Shown here: positions 11,386 through 21,800 of the stretch, one piece after another | How the letters are laid out: each line of letters begins with the position of its first letter | How positions within the stretch are numbered: the stretch's first letter is position 1 | Source of the DNA: Phallusia mammillata | Lineage: Eukaryota | Direction: 5' to 3' | Length of the DNA stretch: 64,000 nt | Assembly: GCA_965637545.1 (NCBI GenBank) | Contig: OZ281494.1 | Span: 8,928,001 to 8,992,000, forward strand | Notes under the pieces: model-generated | Databases searched by the model: none | What the model was told of the DNA's origin: nothing | Seen by the model: the letters and a program-made list of their open reading frames with translations, nothing else | Translations under genes and position numbers: made by a program

Positions 11386-12444
11386 TTAGTTGTAAAGTAT
11401 GTTAGAATGGTGGTTTTTTACATGCAAAGAACATTCATCATTATTAGCAAAGCCCTTGGAACAATGTTCACAAAAGTACTTGAATGAATGAGTGTTTCTG
11501 TGTTGTGTACAGGCCTTCTGACTTGAAAATGTTTTTTGACATATACTACAGGTATAAGGTTGAAATCCTTGCTTTGCCAAATGGAGCTTAACATGATTTA
11601 ACAAGCTTGTTTTGGTTGAATAACTTTTCTTGCAATGCTTGCACCAGTATCGGCTGCCAGTATGTAAAGGAATGTGGTTGTTTTTTAGATACGATAAGGT
11701 ACGAAATATCTTCGAACAATGCTTACACCGCCAAACTGTATCCCCATCATCATCTTTTTCTTCTGTGTAACTTATTTTTTCACGAGCTGATGTCCCACCA
11801 GAATTTATACTTTCATCTGTAGAATTGTTCTTGAAAACCTGGTCCATAGTTTCAGTAATATCAACAAAGTTATACCCTTGTGTTGTTTTGGGTCCACTAA
11901 AACTTGGCGTATCAACTGATTGTGGAGACCACTGCGGCGGTGGAGAATTAGACTCTTCTGACACAACAAAGACTTCTTGCTTTGGCTCATTTTGAATGGC
12001 AGGAATTTCACCACCTGAAGTTGGTGTACCTTGGTCCTGCTGATCAGACACACTAGATCTAGTCGAAAGATTGCAAGCAGATAACTTTTGCCTTTGAAAT
12101 TCAGTGCAGGCCATTAATGCTGAATTCACCCCCAACACCATTGCAGCCATTGTTACATCTTGAATATTTGTTTCATTAATGTTTAGCACCCCTGAGTACA
12201 TAAATTTAAATAGAACAGCAAAACCAACTGAAGAGATTCCAGAGAGAAGTATTTTGGCCTTTCCATTTTCATTTTTAGTTTCCTCAATTAACTTGTGCAG
12301 TTGTGAGCTGGCAGCAGCAAGAATGATTTTGTGTCCAGAATAAAGTTGATTATCCACTACTATTTCAATGTCACAAAACTTTTCATTCGAAACAAGTTTT
12401 TCAAAATTTGACAAAAGGGCTAATGGGTATTCAGATACTTCCAT
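11386..12444 (-). CDS. BTB/POZ + four C2H2 zinc-finger transcription factor (ZBTB-like), intronless CDS, about 352 aa
   Basis: Inside ORF 11386-12468. The likely start is MEVSEYP at 12444, 8 nt after a tttttag acceptor. BTB: FCDIEIVV..HKIILAAAS..FMYSG. Fingers: CKHC..HIPLH, CKHC..HVKLH, CSIC..HRNTH, CEHC..HVKNH. The specific orthologue is not recognisable. Confidence 0.9.
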   Translation of the reverse strand: MEVSEYPLALLSNFEKLVSNEKFCDIEIVVDNQLYSGHKIILAAASSQLHKLIEETKNENGKAKILLSGISSVGFAVLFKFMYSGVLNINETNIQDVTMAAMVLGVNSALMACTEFQRQKLSACNLSTRSSVSDQQDQGTPTSGGEIPAIQNEPKQEVFVVSEESNSPPPQWSPQSVDTPSFSGPKTTQGYNFVDITETMDQVFKNNSTDESINSGGTSAREKISYTEEKDDDGDTVWRCKHCSKIFRTLSYLKNNHIPLHTGSRYWCKHCKKSYSTKTSLLNHVKLHLAKQGFQPYTCSICQKTFSSQKACTQHRNTHSFKYFCEHCSKGFANNDECSLHVKNHHSNILYN

Positions 12445-15102
12445 TATTACCACTAAAAATAAAAACATATTGGTAATATATATATGTATAGTTTTCGGTA
12501 ATTATTGTTTGCATAAACCTTCATCACATAATGCAATTCTTGCACCAAACTGTTTTATCAGCAGTAGCACCAAAGGCGTAAAGTTTGAGACATAACATCA
12601 TTTGACATTGCCAGAATGAAATTAATCAAACCAGAGCGAAAAATGCTGCAAAGCATATCAACACACAAAGACATTTACAAAAAAGACATTAACAAAAAAG
12701 AAAAACAACAAACCAACCAACATCGAGTCTTCCTTTTAAAACAACAAGATGCAAAAGTGCTACACTTGCATTTTTGCAAAACAGATAAACTGTGACTTCT
12801 ATTTGACAGTTGTCACTGTTTGCGTCATGTGTCAATGAAAGGGTTTGGGTGTCACAAATCCGTGACAAGCGCAACCAAAAATCGCTAAAATTTTCAGACC
12901 CTAGTTCAGGAACCGCCATTTAATGTAGTCTTCTTATATTCACTACATAAAGTACACGCTGAATCTGATTCAAAATGTTTTACGTAAATAAATCCTCATC
13001 AACAAGCATCCGTTTTCTCATTTGTGTTGATCTACCTCGCGTTGCCCGCCACCCACTATACACCTGAGTTCCTAGCAAAAAAGAGAGAAATGAGGAACGT
13101 CTTTTGGTCAATACAGATTTCGTTAACCATTTGTGTTGTGCAACCTTTGTGATACTGACTTTTTGTACTTAAATCAAGGCTTATATTATACATACCCCCA
13201 AGTTAGTAGCCTACGTGCTCTTTGTGTATTTGGTATTTGTGCATTTTGCTTTGTGGAACCACCAATATATATCAAGTAAATACAACTTGGAATGCAAAGG
13301 GCGTGATTTTGTCGCCATGGTCGAATGACAAATACCCGAGGTAATTGTAAATGAAAAGAATAAGGTTTTTATCATTTTTCGATCACAGATGGCCCAACTT
13401 ATCGATCGCATATTCCCTAGCTGCCCAGAAGAGTAGGAGGCCTGACTGCGTAAAAGTGTCGTTATGGAAGGCTTATCGTGTGTTGCCTTAAATCAAAGAA
13501 GTTGATTTTTAACTGTAGGCTTGCTACAGACGACAGAACATATGTCACTGTTAAAAAAAAGGATTTTGCTATAGCATCCATCTCCTGTAATAAACCCTTA
13601 TTAAACACACAATTGATTTGCACACATAAAATGCAATGCAGTCTAAGCTTTCACATTGAAATCATCTTCAGCACATAGCCTATGCCCAGTTTTGTCTCAG
13701 TCACCTAAAGTTTTCAACACATACGTCCACCCTTGTGACTACTAGTGCCGTTCAGAATGTTCATTCGTGCCATTGGCAAATTATTTCTCGATATTGTTTG
13801 TGATCACATGAATTTTTCAGCAAATACCATTTTAAGATCACAAATAATGTAACTTACACATTTGAGCCAGGTAGTTTGTTGCTATTGTTAAATGCTCTGT
13901 ATGCAAGGCCAATAAGCGCATGTAAACACGCCTTTTACAGAGCGATCAACCCATACTAATCACAAAAAATTCAGCAGTGGTGATCATCAACGATGGAGGT
14001 CAAAGCCACGTTTTGACGTTTTTTAAACTGGGACCCTGCCCGCGTTATATACCTAATGGTTGGCGACTCCTGATTTAGTTCAAGAGCATTGTTGGCAATT
14101 CAAGTCGTACACAGCTATACATTTCAGTTTCTGTGAATTTCGAAGGTACAATTAATATCCCTGAACGATTAATCAACAGTTACTTTAGTGCGGTGTTACG
14201 GTCTGCACCAAGGGTATTCGCTTTTATTCGGTGGAACCATGGCAGGTATGGGTAAGTATCCACTGCCGACATCGTGATGTTTATGGCGGTTGGTCATCGT
14301 TTGAACCAAAGGTTCAACAGTAAACTGAAATAGCCATAAACTGAAATCCTAGTGTTTTCATTTAACCTCTTTATTTTAGAAAAAAATGTAAGTTTGAGTT
14401 ACCAAAAAAAAAAAAACCCGTTTCGCCTGCTTTACAACTTCAGAACGCAGGTCAAAACAGCCGTGTAGCATCGTATTGCTTTATGTCAGCATTCTAGCCA
14501 AAGTGTCCCTCCCAATCAATAATAAATATTTTTTTCTAGCACCGTTAGCGGCAAATTAAATTCTACGATAATTTCTTGTGCGAACGAAAGCTTATGGCTT
14601 TGATTTTACGTACGAGATGGTTTGTTTGTGATGTCGTGTTCTCGACAATTGGTTTTGTGTTAAATAAAAAATATTACCGAAAATCTCGAATCGCATACTG
14701 ATCAGCCAGTTGTATAAATAGTAGCCCTATTCCTATATATATAATAACAACTTGTTTCTTGGATAGTTACAAAAGTTTTTAGTGTTTGTTCAGTACAGAA
14801 GAACTTAAATCATTAATCAGTACACGTGATTACTTATTTGTAATAATTTAACTAGTTATAGTTAAATAGTTGAGTTAGTGTTTGGACTAAAATACGGAAC
14901 TCATTCCTATTTCATTTGTCTGGGAGTGGAACCAAACTTTTCCATGTTAAATAAAGTAAAGTTACTTAAAATAGTAGTGTTTATGAAGATTCAAAAAAAT
15001 AATACTCACTTAATTGTTTGCAGCCTTCTTTCTAAATTTAGGCAATAACCTTACGTTACTACATTACGTTTCTGAGAACAGGCATCAGTTGTAGTCAGCA
15101 AG

Positions 15103-16140
15103 ATGTCAATGGCAGTACAACCGCACTCCTCAAACTATGGAGCTGTTGTGGCAGCGGGAGGGCCAAACAACTATGCTGTCACACAATATGATGAATCAGC
15201 ACAAAGACCTAGGACTTCTAACCTTCTTGCTCCAATAATGCTCTTGTCTGGCCATGAAGGTGAAATATACAGTTCAAAATTTCACCCGGAAGGCAACATT
15301 CTTGCATCTGCTGGGCATGAAAGAATGATATATTTTTGGATGGTTTTCGGAGAATGTGAGAATTTTCATCTTATAAAAGGTGGCCACAATGGATCAATAT
15401 TGGACCTGCAATTTAATACAGATGGAAGCAATATCTTTACTGCCAGCACGGATAAAACAGTAGGAATGTTTGACACCGAGACTGGGGAAAGAATTAAACG
15501 CATGAAAGGTCACAATGCAATAGTTAATGCATGTAGTTCCACTAAGCGTGGTGACCAGCTGGTGGCATCAGCAAGTGATGACTGTACGGTAAAAATATGG
15601 GATACCCGTTATCGTGGAGCCATTAAAACACTTCAGTTAAATTATCAAGTAACCTCTGTATGCTTTGATGATACTGGTGGAAATGTTATTTTGGGTGGCA
15701 TCGATAACGATGTCAAAGTGTATGATATTCGTACAGGCAAAATGACATTTCAATTATGTGGCCATGCTGACACAATCACTGGAATTTCTGTAAATCATGA
15801 TGGATCTTATGCCCTGTCAAACTCAATGGATTGCACTATGAGAGTATGGGACATTAGACCATATGCCCCACAGGAACGATGCATCAAAGTATTCACTGGC
15901 CATCAACACAACTTTGAAAAGAACTTGCTGAAATGCAGTTGGTCGCCAGATGACTCTAAAGTAACTGGAGGGTCGGCCGACAGAAATGTTGTGGTGTGGG
16001 ATGTTCCAAACCAACATGTGTTGTACAAGCTACCAGGACACAATGGGTCTGTAAATGATGTCCAATTTCACCCCAACCAGCCAATTCTACTGTCCTGTTC
16101 CAGTGACAAGCAGATATACCTGGGAGAGCTAAGCAAATGA
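15103..16140 (+). CDS. SNRNP40: U5 snRNP 40 kDa WD40 protein, intronless CDS, 345 aa
   Basis: WD40 repeats with diagnostic stretches LLSGHEGE..KFHP.G, STDKTV..FD.ETGERIKR.KGH, GGIDND.KV.D.R, HNFEKNLLKCSWSPD, YKLPGH.GS.N.V.FHP, SSDK..Y.GE. AATAAA at 16431. Confidence 0.96.
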   Translation: MSMAVQPHSSNYGAVVAAGGPNNYAVTQYDESAQRPRTSNLLAPIMLLSGHEGEIYSSKFHPEGNILASAGHERMIYFWMVFGECENFHLIKGGHNGSILDLQFNTDGSNIFTASTDKTVGMFDTETGERIKRMKGHNAIVNACSSTKRGDQLVASASDDCTVKIWDTRYRGAIKTLQLNYQVTSVCFDDTGGNVILGGIDNDVKVYDIRTGKMTFQLCGHADTITGISVNHDGSYALSNSMDCTMRVWDIRPYAPQERCIKVFTGHQHNFEKNLLKCSWSPDDSKVTGGSADRNVVVWDVPNQHVLYKLPGHNGSVNDVQFHPNQPILLSCSSDKQIYLGELSK

Positions 16141-16788
16141 TCTTCCAAACCAGTTATGTGCATTACATGCACTCCAAACTCGTTACATGCACTCACACAT
16201 TGTATTGAACTTATTGGCACTCTTTGTGTGTCCAGAAGGTATTGAAGATGGGTGCTGGAACAATCATGGACTTTTTTATTATATTATTATGACCACAAAA
16301 ATGGGTGTTTTCAAATATTGAAGAAATCCATGGACAACAACAAAACTATCAACTGGATTAATTTTTGGAAGCTTACATGAATGTGCATTGAGTTATTTAT
16401 ATTCGGATAAAATGACTTCTTGCTAATTAAAATAAACTTAGTGGCTTTAAACCTTCCATTGTATTACATTTGGAACACCATGCACGATGTTTGTTTTTCT
16501 GTAGCAACACTGAAATTTACTCTTTACTGTATGGTGTACAGCCAGAAACAGGGGAAGGTTTCAGCATACATAATATTTTGCTTCAAAATGCAGTTCAATG
16601 ATCTGGATAAGATTTCCCAAGGGAAGAGAGATTTTCTATCTATTATATTGTGCACATTGAAAAGTAATCTAACACGATAACAGTAGTGAGAGAGGCCGCT
16701 GCATAATGACCTTTATCAAGACAAGCAGTTTAGGTTTGTTTTGAAAATTGTATCCAAGCCAGAAATGTTTGGCCTTAACAAACTATAG

Positions 16789-17122
16789 CAGTCCCACCAC
16801 TTTTATAGATTTTATAGGTCCGCGGACCCCCCAATATTGTACTGTGGTTCAGTGTTTTTTTAAGGTGTTTTGGGGGACCGAAACGGTCCCCCAAATTTCT
16901 CCAGCGGTTTCCCAAAATTTGGACTTGCAACTACAACTACAGTTTTTGGTATTTAAATGAAACACTTGCGGTCTCTTAAAACTACTTAGCGGTCACCCAA
17001 ACCAAACCTTCAAAAAAAACCTGCTGTTGTTAATGCTATTACAAATGTTTGCCTTCACGGACCCCCTGAAACCATCTCACGGGCCACTTGAGGGTCCGCG
17101 AACCCCAGGTTGGGAACCACTG
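16789..17122. mobile_element. hAT (Buster/Charlie-type) MITE that hosts a nested family B MITE
   Basis: Perfect 8-bp TSD aactatag (16781-16788, 17123-17130); right TIR gttgggaaccactg; left TIR partly deleted (cagtcccacc); internal ggtccgcggacccc motifs. Confidence 0.8.
16850..17023 (-). mobile_element. hAT-like MITE, family B copy 2, nested
   Basis: Reverse complement of 8721-8893 with only a handful of differences; near-perfect TSD ctgtggtt / ctgttgtt. Confidence 0.88.
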
Positions 17123-18310
17123 AACTATAGAAATGCTTTAAAACACTTTTGAAGGAGCTTTTTTCCAAAAATCGACGTATTGTTTTCTTTGAAGAATTAC
17201 CAAGTTAACCAAACCGCATAAAGATGAAAATCGTTCTTTTAACGAATTCTTTGTAGTCGAATTACAAAAATAGCTCGGAAGAATACACCTTTCGGAACGA
17301 AATTGTTTTAAACAAACAACAAACGTGCTTGTTGTTTTTTATGGTTAGTTGCATTTGCTTTTTCATAGAAATCTTAAATATCACGGCAAAAGAAAAGACC
17401 AATTTTCAGACTCAAATAAATCTAATTTTCCCCTAAGACCCCTACCATTGCCATTGGTAAAATTTAAATGTAGGAACTTAAAGTAAGGGTTGGTGTCGAT
17501 TGTCGATGGTCGATGCTTCTGTTTATGTGAGCATGTTTTACAACACGCACTTTCATTTTCAAATCAAAATGTAAGGAGATAAGAAAACTGTTTGTGGGGC
17601 TCGAAGCCGTTTTTACTGTTTACGTTAAAATGAATTTTTTATGTGCACTTAAATGCCAATTCTTTATTTTGATACACCTGGATTAGTATCCCAGAATGTG
17701 GGACTGGGATGCAAATGTTTTAAAATTTTGTTCCGAGTTGATTTTTTTTAAAATTTGGTTTACAAACAAAATTATTGTGAACCAGTTTTGCTTTAGAAAA
17801 CTACTTAGCAAAGGAAGTTTGTGAAAGGCGTTATAAATAGTCAAATGTAATCCAACTGCCAGGTATTTAAGTAGCTTAATAATTGTAACAGCCATGAGAG
17901 AACAGAACATGTGGTTTCTGTTGAGTTGACTGCAGTACCATGGTATCAAAAGTCCAATGGTGCTTATGCCCTAACTTAAGAATAATTTAAAGCGGTATTC
18001 AGTCAGCTGAAAGCCCAACCTGGGATTATTAAGTACACTGTTTAATGGCTTTTCAGTAGGATAAAATACAACCGTCTATATACTCTATAAGACTATAACC
18101 AGCCCTATAATAAACAAATTATTGTTAAAGATATTGTCTTATACATGTATATTGTTCTGGACATTTGGTGATTATGATCTATTGAATATCAGTAAACATA
18201 ACACTTAATTTTTTTAATTTAACCTTATTTTGCTCAAAGTCTTATCCAATGAAATGATTAGTTTTGGCAGACTTACTCAAATTCTATCATTATTTATTAT
18301 CCCTTTAAAT

Positions 18311-18752
18311 CAGGGGTTCCCAACCTTTTTTGCTGCTCGTACCCCTTTGTCAGGCCAGAGTATTCTTCGTACCCCCCAAAAAATTCTAATGGAATTTTTC
18401 AGATATATATATATTGCTAAATTAAATTGCTTTTATAGCTCAATCGAACACCTCCTTTATCTGTGCATTTTCTTCCTAACTTTGTGCTTTGTTGCTCATT
18501 ACTGGCACTAAGTGAAAAAGCATTGTTATGAGGTAATGAGGCTTTTTACTAAATAACAACGATTATTTGTGGATAATTTTTTTTAAAGCAAAGACCGTAA
18601 TGACATAAGCAGAATATCATTTACAATTCCAAAATAAACTGTACTGTGAAATCTGTTTGAAAAGCTGCTTTGTGACCCAAGGATCTTTGTACCCCTTGAT
18701 GTTCAATCTCGTACCCCCAAGGGGTACGAGTACCCCCAGTTGGGAACCCCTG
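18311..18752. mobile_element. hAT (Buster/Charlie-type) MITE, 442 bp
   Basis: TIRs caggggttcccaac / gttgggaacccctg; perfect TSD ctttaaat; subterminal cgtacccc repeats; ends 43 bp before the acceptor at 18795. Confidence 0.93.
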
Positions 18753-18834
18753 CTTTAAATTGTTTGTCTGACCAAAATGATGCATTTTTGTACAGAAACA
18801 ATATTGTTGTGCCTGGCATATATAATTGCCAGTG

Positions 18835-21800
18835 ATGTATAGTGGAACAAGAAAAAATCAACAGCTTGCCGCTGCATCAACAGCGTCTAAAACTCCATCT
18901 CATACCACAGGACTCAAGACTAAGTCAGTTAGGAATAACAGCCAAAATTCATCGTCTGGAATGTCGCTATCATCATCAGGTACCCAACTATCTCACTAAT
19001 ATGCTATTATTTACTTTACCAGATTTTAACACAATTTTTTACTTAATTCAGCTCGTAGTCAGAGTCAAGAGGATTTGACAAGATCTAAAGAGCGCCCAAC
19101 TCGTAGCAAGTATATACCAGGTGAGCGCTTAAGAAATTATTTGCAAAATATGTTCAATTTTCTACATACCATGATGGAATTTTTAAATGGATAATCACCA
19201 TATGGAGGTTAGGAAACCATTTTTTTTGTCCTAGCACTAACAGCTTTTTGGTGTGTAACTGAATTATAATGGAGTAGTTTAGCTAAAAAGTTAGGTTGTA
19301 ACTTGTAATACTGTGTGGCAGCAATTGGCATTAGGAGTATGTACTTCAATGATGACTGTAAGACTAAGTATGTAAAACATGTCCACTGTTTTTCTCTTGG
19401 TACATATATAGGTGATTTGATATCCTAAATGCCCTGTTGAAATGGTGCACAAAAAAGAAAAGTTGGTATGGTACTGCAAACTTATGTTTTTGTGGTGGTT
19501 GTTGCAAAATAAATACTAGCAGTTTGGGCATCATTGTTGGTGTAGTATTCCTTGTAATAGACAAATTTGGCAATTAGGCCTTACACATAATTTAGTGGTT
19601 GTCCAATCATGTTAAACGACCCCTCCCCCACTGATCATCGTGCCGCCTTATTTAATTTGCTCGACAAAGGCCAGCATCGTAACCTAATTCCCCTGGGCGC
19701 ATCTCGTCTCCAACCCTGAATGCCACTCACGCCGAGAACTGCTCCAACGACATCTGCGCGTCGCCATTCAAAATGCCGCTTTGTTTTGAAGATATCTGTA
19801 TTCTGTACCATTCGATAGGAAAGCAATACTTGTAGCATACTGACGCGAGGGCTATTAGTTTTCAAGGCGTTGTTTTGCAACTGTATCGACACAGGCAATA
19901 AGAGTTTGAATATTTGCCTAGTGTTTGGCCCGAACAAATGGACAGCACAAAGTGATTTATAAGGAAGCGGGCCACCCAGGCTCTAGAGCTAATGATGTAT
20001 GGGAGTTTCTAAGCTTTGCATAGCCCGATGAAGCGTGTTAGCCGCTGTGTTCCTGTTGCTCATAGCACTCGGCACACAAACAGCTCGGTAGAGTTGGTTG
20101 ATGAGCGGCTACACGCGAAGTAGGGCCTCCGTTAACAGGATGCATTGCAAATCCGGTCTTTGAGGCTTTACCACGAAATTGTTTAGTGAGAAATTCGGTA
20201 TGTCATGTACTAGTTAGGTCGACTGGGGCTAACTGCTTTACCGAGAATTCTTAGAGGCCTGTTGATAGTGATCGCGCAATGTTTATAGTTGTGTTTGTAA
20301 AAAAATAGTTGCCGTTTTTTGTTTTAGTAGCAGTGGCGGTTATCCCTATAACTTCATCGTTTGGTTAAGCTAGGCACTTTGGAAGTGAAACAGTATACGC
20401 GATTTTGATGCAGTGTTATTTAGTACTAGTAACCTTACTATAAGTAAGGGTTGAGAAGGTTCTGCCATTTCAGCTCGGTGTTTTATGCGAAAATTGCTGA
20501 TCTCATTGCTTCCTGCCTAGGCGTCACGTAGCGTTTATATACATGCAAAACCTTTCACCTTTCTAGGCAGTCGGTTGGGTTTGGTAGGACAATAAGTGCA
20601 TTTTTCTTGTTTATGAACTGTTAAGGCATAGTCTTGGATATAGATGAGACTTTTCTTCGATTAAAGACCCATCATAACGCTAGTAAGTATATTATCATTT
20701 ATTACGTGTGTTGTCACACAGTTGTTTCAGCGCAATGCTTTTTGAAAGGGACGTCTTAATGCCATGATTTGACTTAGTCTTAGTCCTAATTGCGTGGATA
20801 TAGTTATCTAAGCGTAATTGTAAAGTTGATTGGACTTTGTTGTGTTAGGTGTGTAGGGTTGTATGATTTCAGTTTTTGCAGACTTATTACTGTGCAGTGT
20901 GCAATAACTTACCTTTGAATGTCGACACTGGGCTTTATGCAATCTGTTCAATTTTTTCCATGAGATATGATCGCCTATGTGTTTTGAGCCTAAGGGTGGT
21001 AGCTGCTCTTTTGTCACTGGAAAAACCGGTCTTGTTCCGCGTATTTGCGCACTCCGACACTTGAGGCGCTGTTGGTTTATTGTTCTCCCACCAAATATGT
21101 ACAATCGCTTGACCACGCTTACTTGCGTGGATTACAAGAAACGTTATAACCAATGGAGCTCACTTGTTCTTATGTTACTAAGCGGTGGACTTTTGTTGCA
21201 ATATTATCCTATTTCCAACATAAACAAAAAACAAAACCGCAACAAAGGAAATAAATGAAATTTTCGCAAACTCTTAGTAAAATAGCTGTACTCCCTTATA
21301 ATTTACTTAAATATTGCTGTATTCTGCATAAATTGCTTTTAATGACTGATGTTACGGTCATATATATATAGTATCAACAAACTATATGGCGCATTTTTTG
21401 CCAATGCTGCCTAGGCATGTGTGGCCAGGCAATTACGGGATTACGGCCGACCTTAATGCCTTCAATTGCTAAATCGCTTTAGGTTGTGTTAAATTCCACT
21501 CTACTTAGATACATTTTACTTGATGTGGTCTGATCCGCCTCTTTAAGCTTAATTCGTCAAGAGTTGAACGTGATTTTAGCCTATTTTAGTTCGTTTCATC
21601 GCGCTAGACTCACAAACATAAAAAATGACTTTCATCGTTGTACTTTATGATTTAAGTATATAAAATATATCAAGTCATTCTTCCTTATGATTTTGAGATG
21701 TATATATTTTCGCTGTATTGTACTTTACATGTCTTGGGTGTATGTGCTGTCATTTATCCAGTTATGAATCGTCGATGGATTTAAGAACTAAAAAACTTAC

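Noticed and set aside
19109-19120. SKYIP in cytospin exon 2 as an EB1-binding SxIP motif
   Set aside because: Spacing is S-x-x-I-P, not S-x-I-P.
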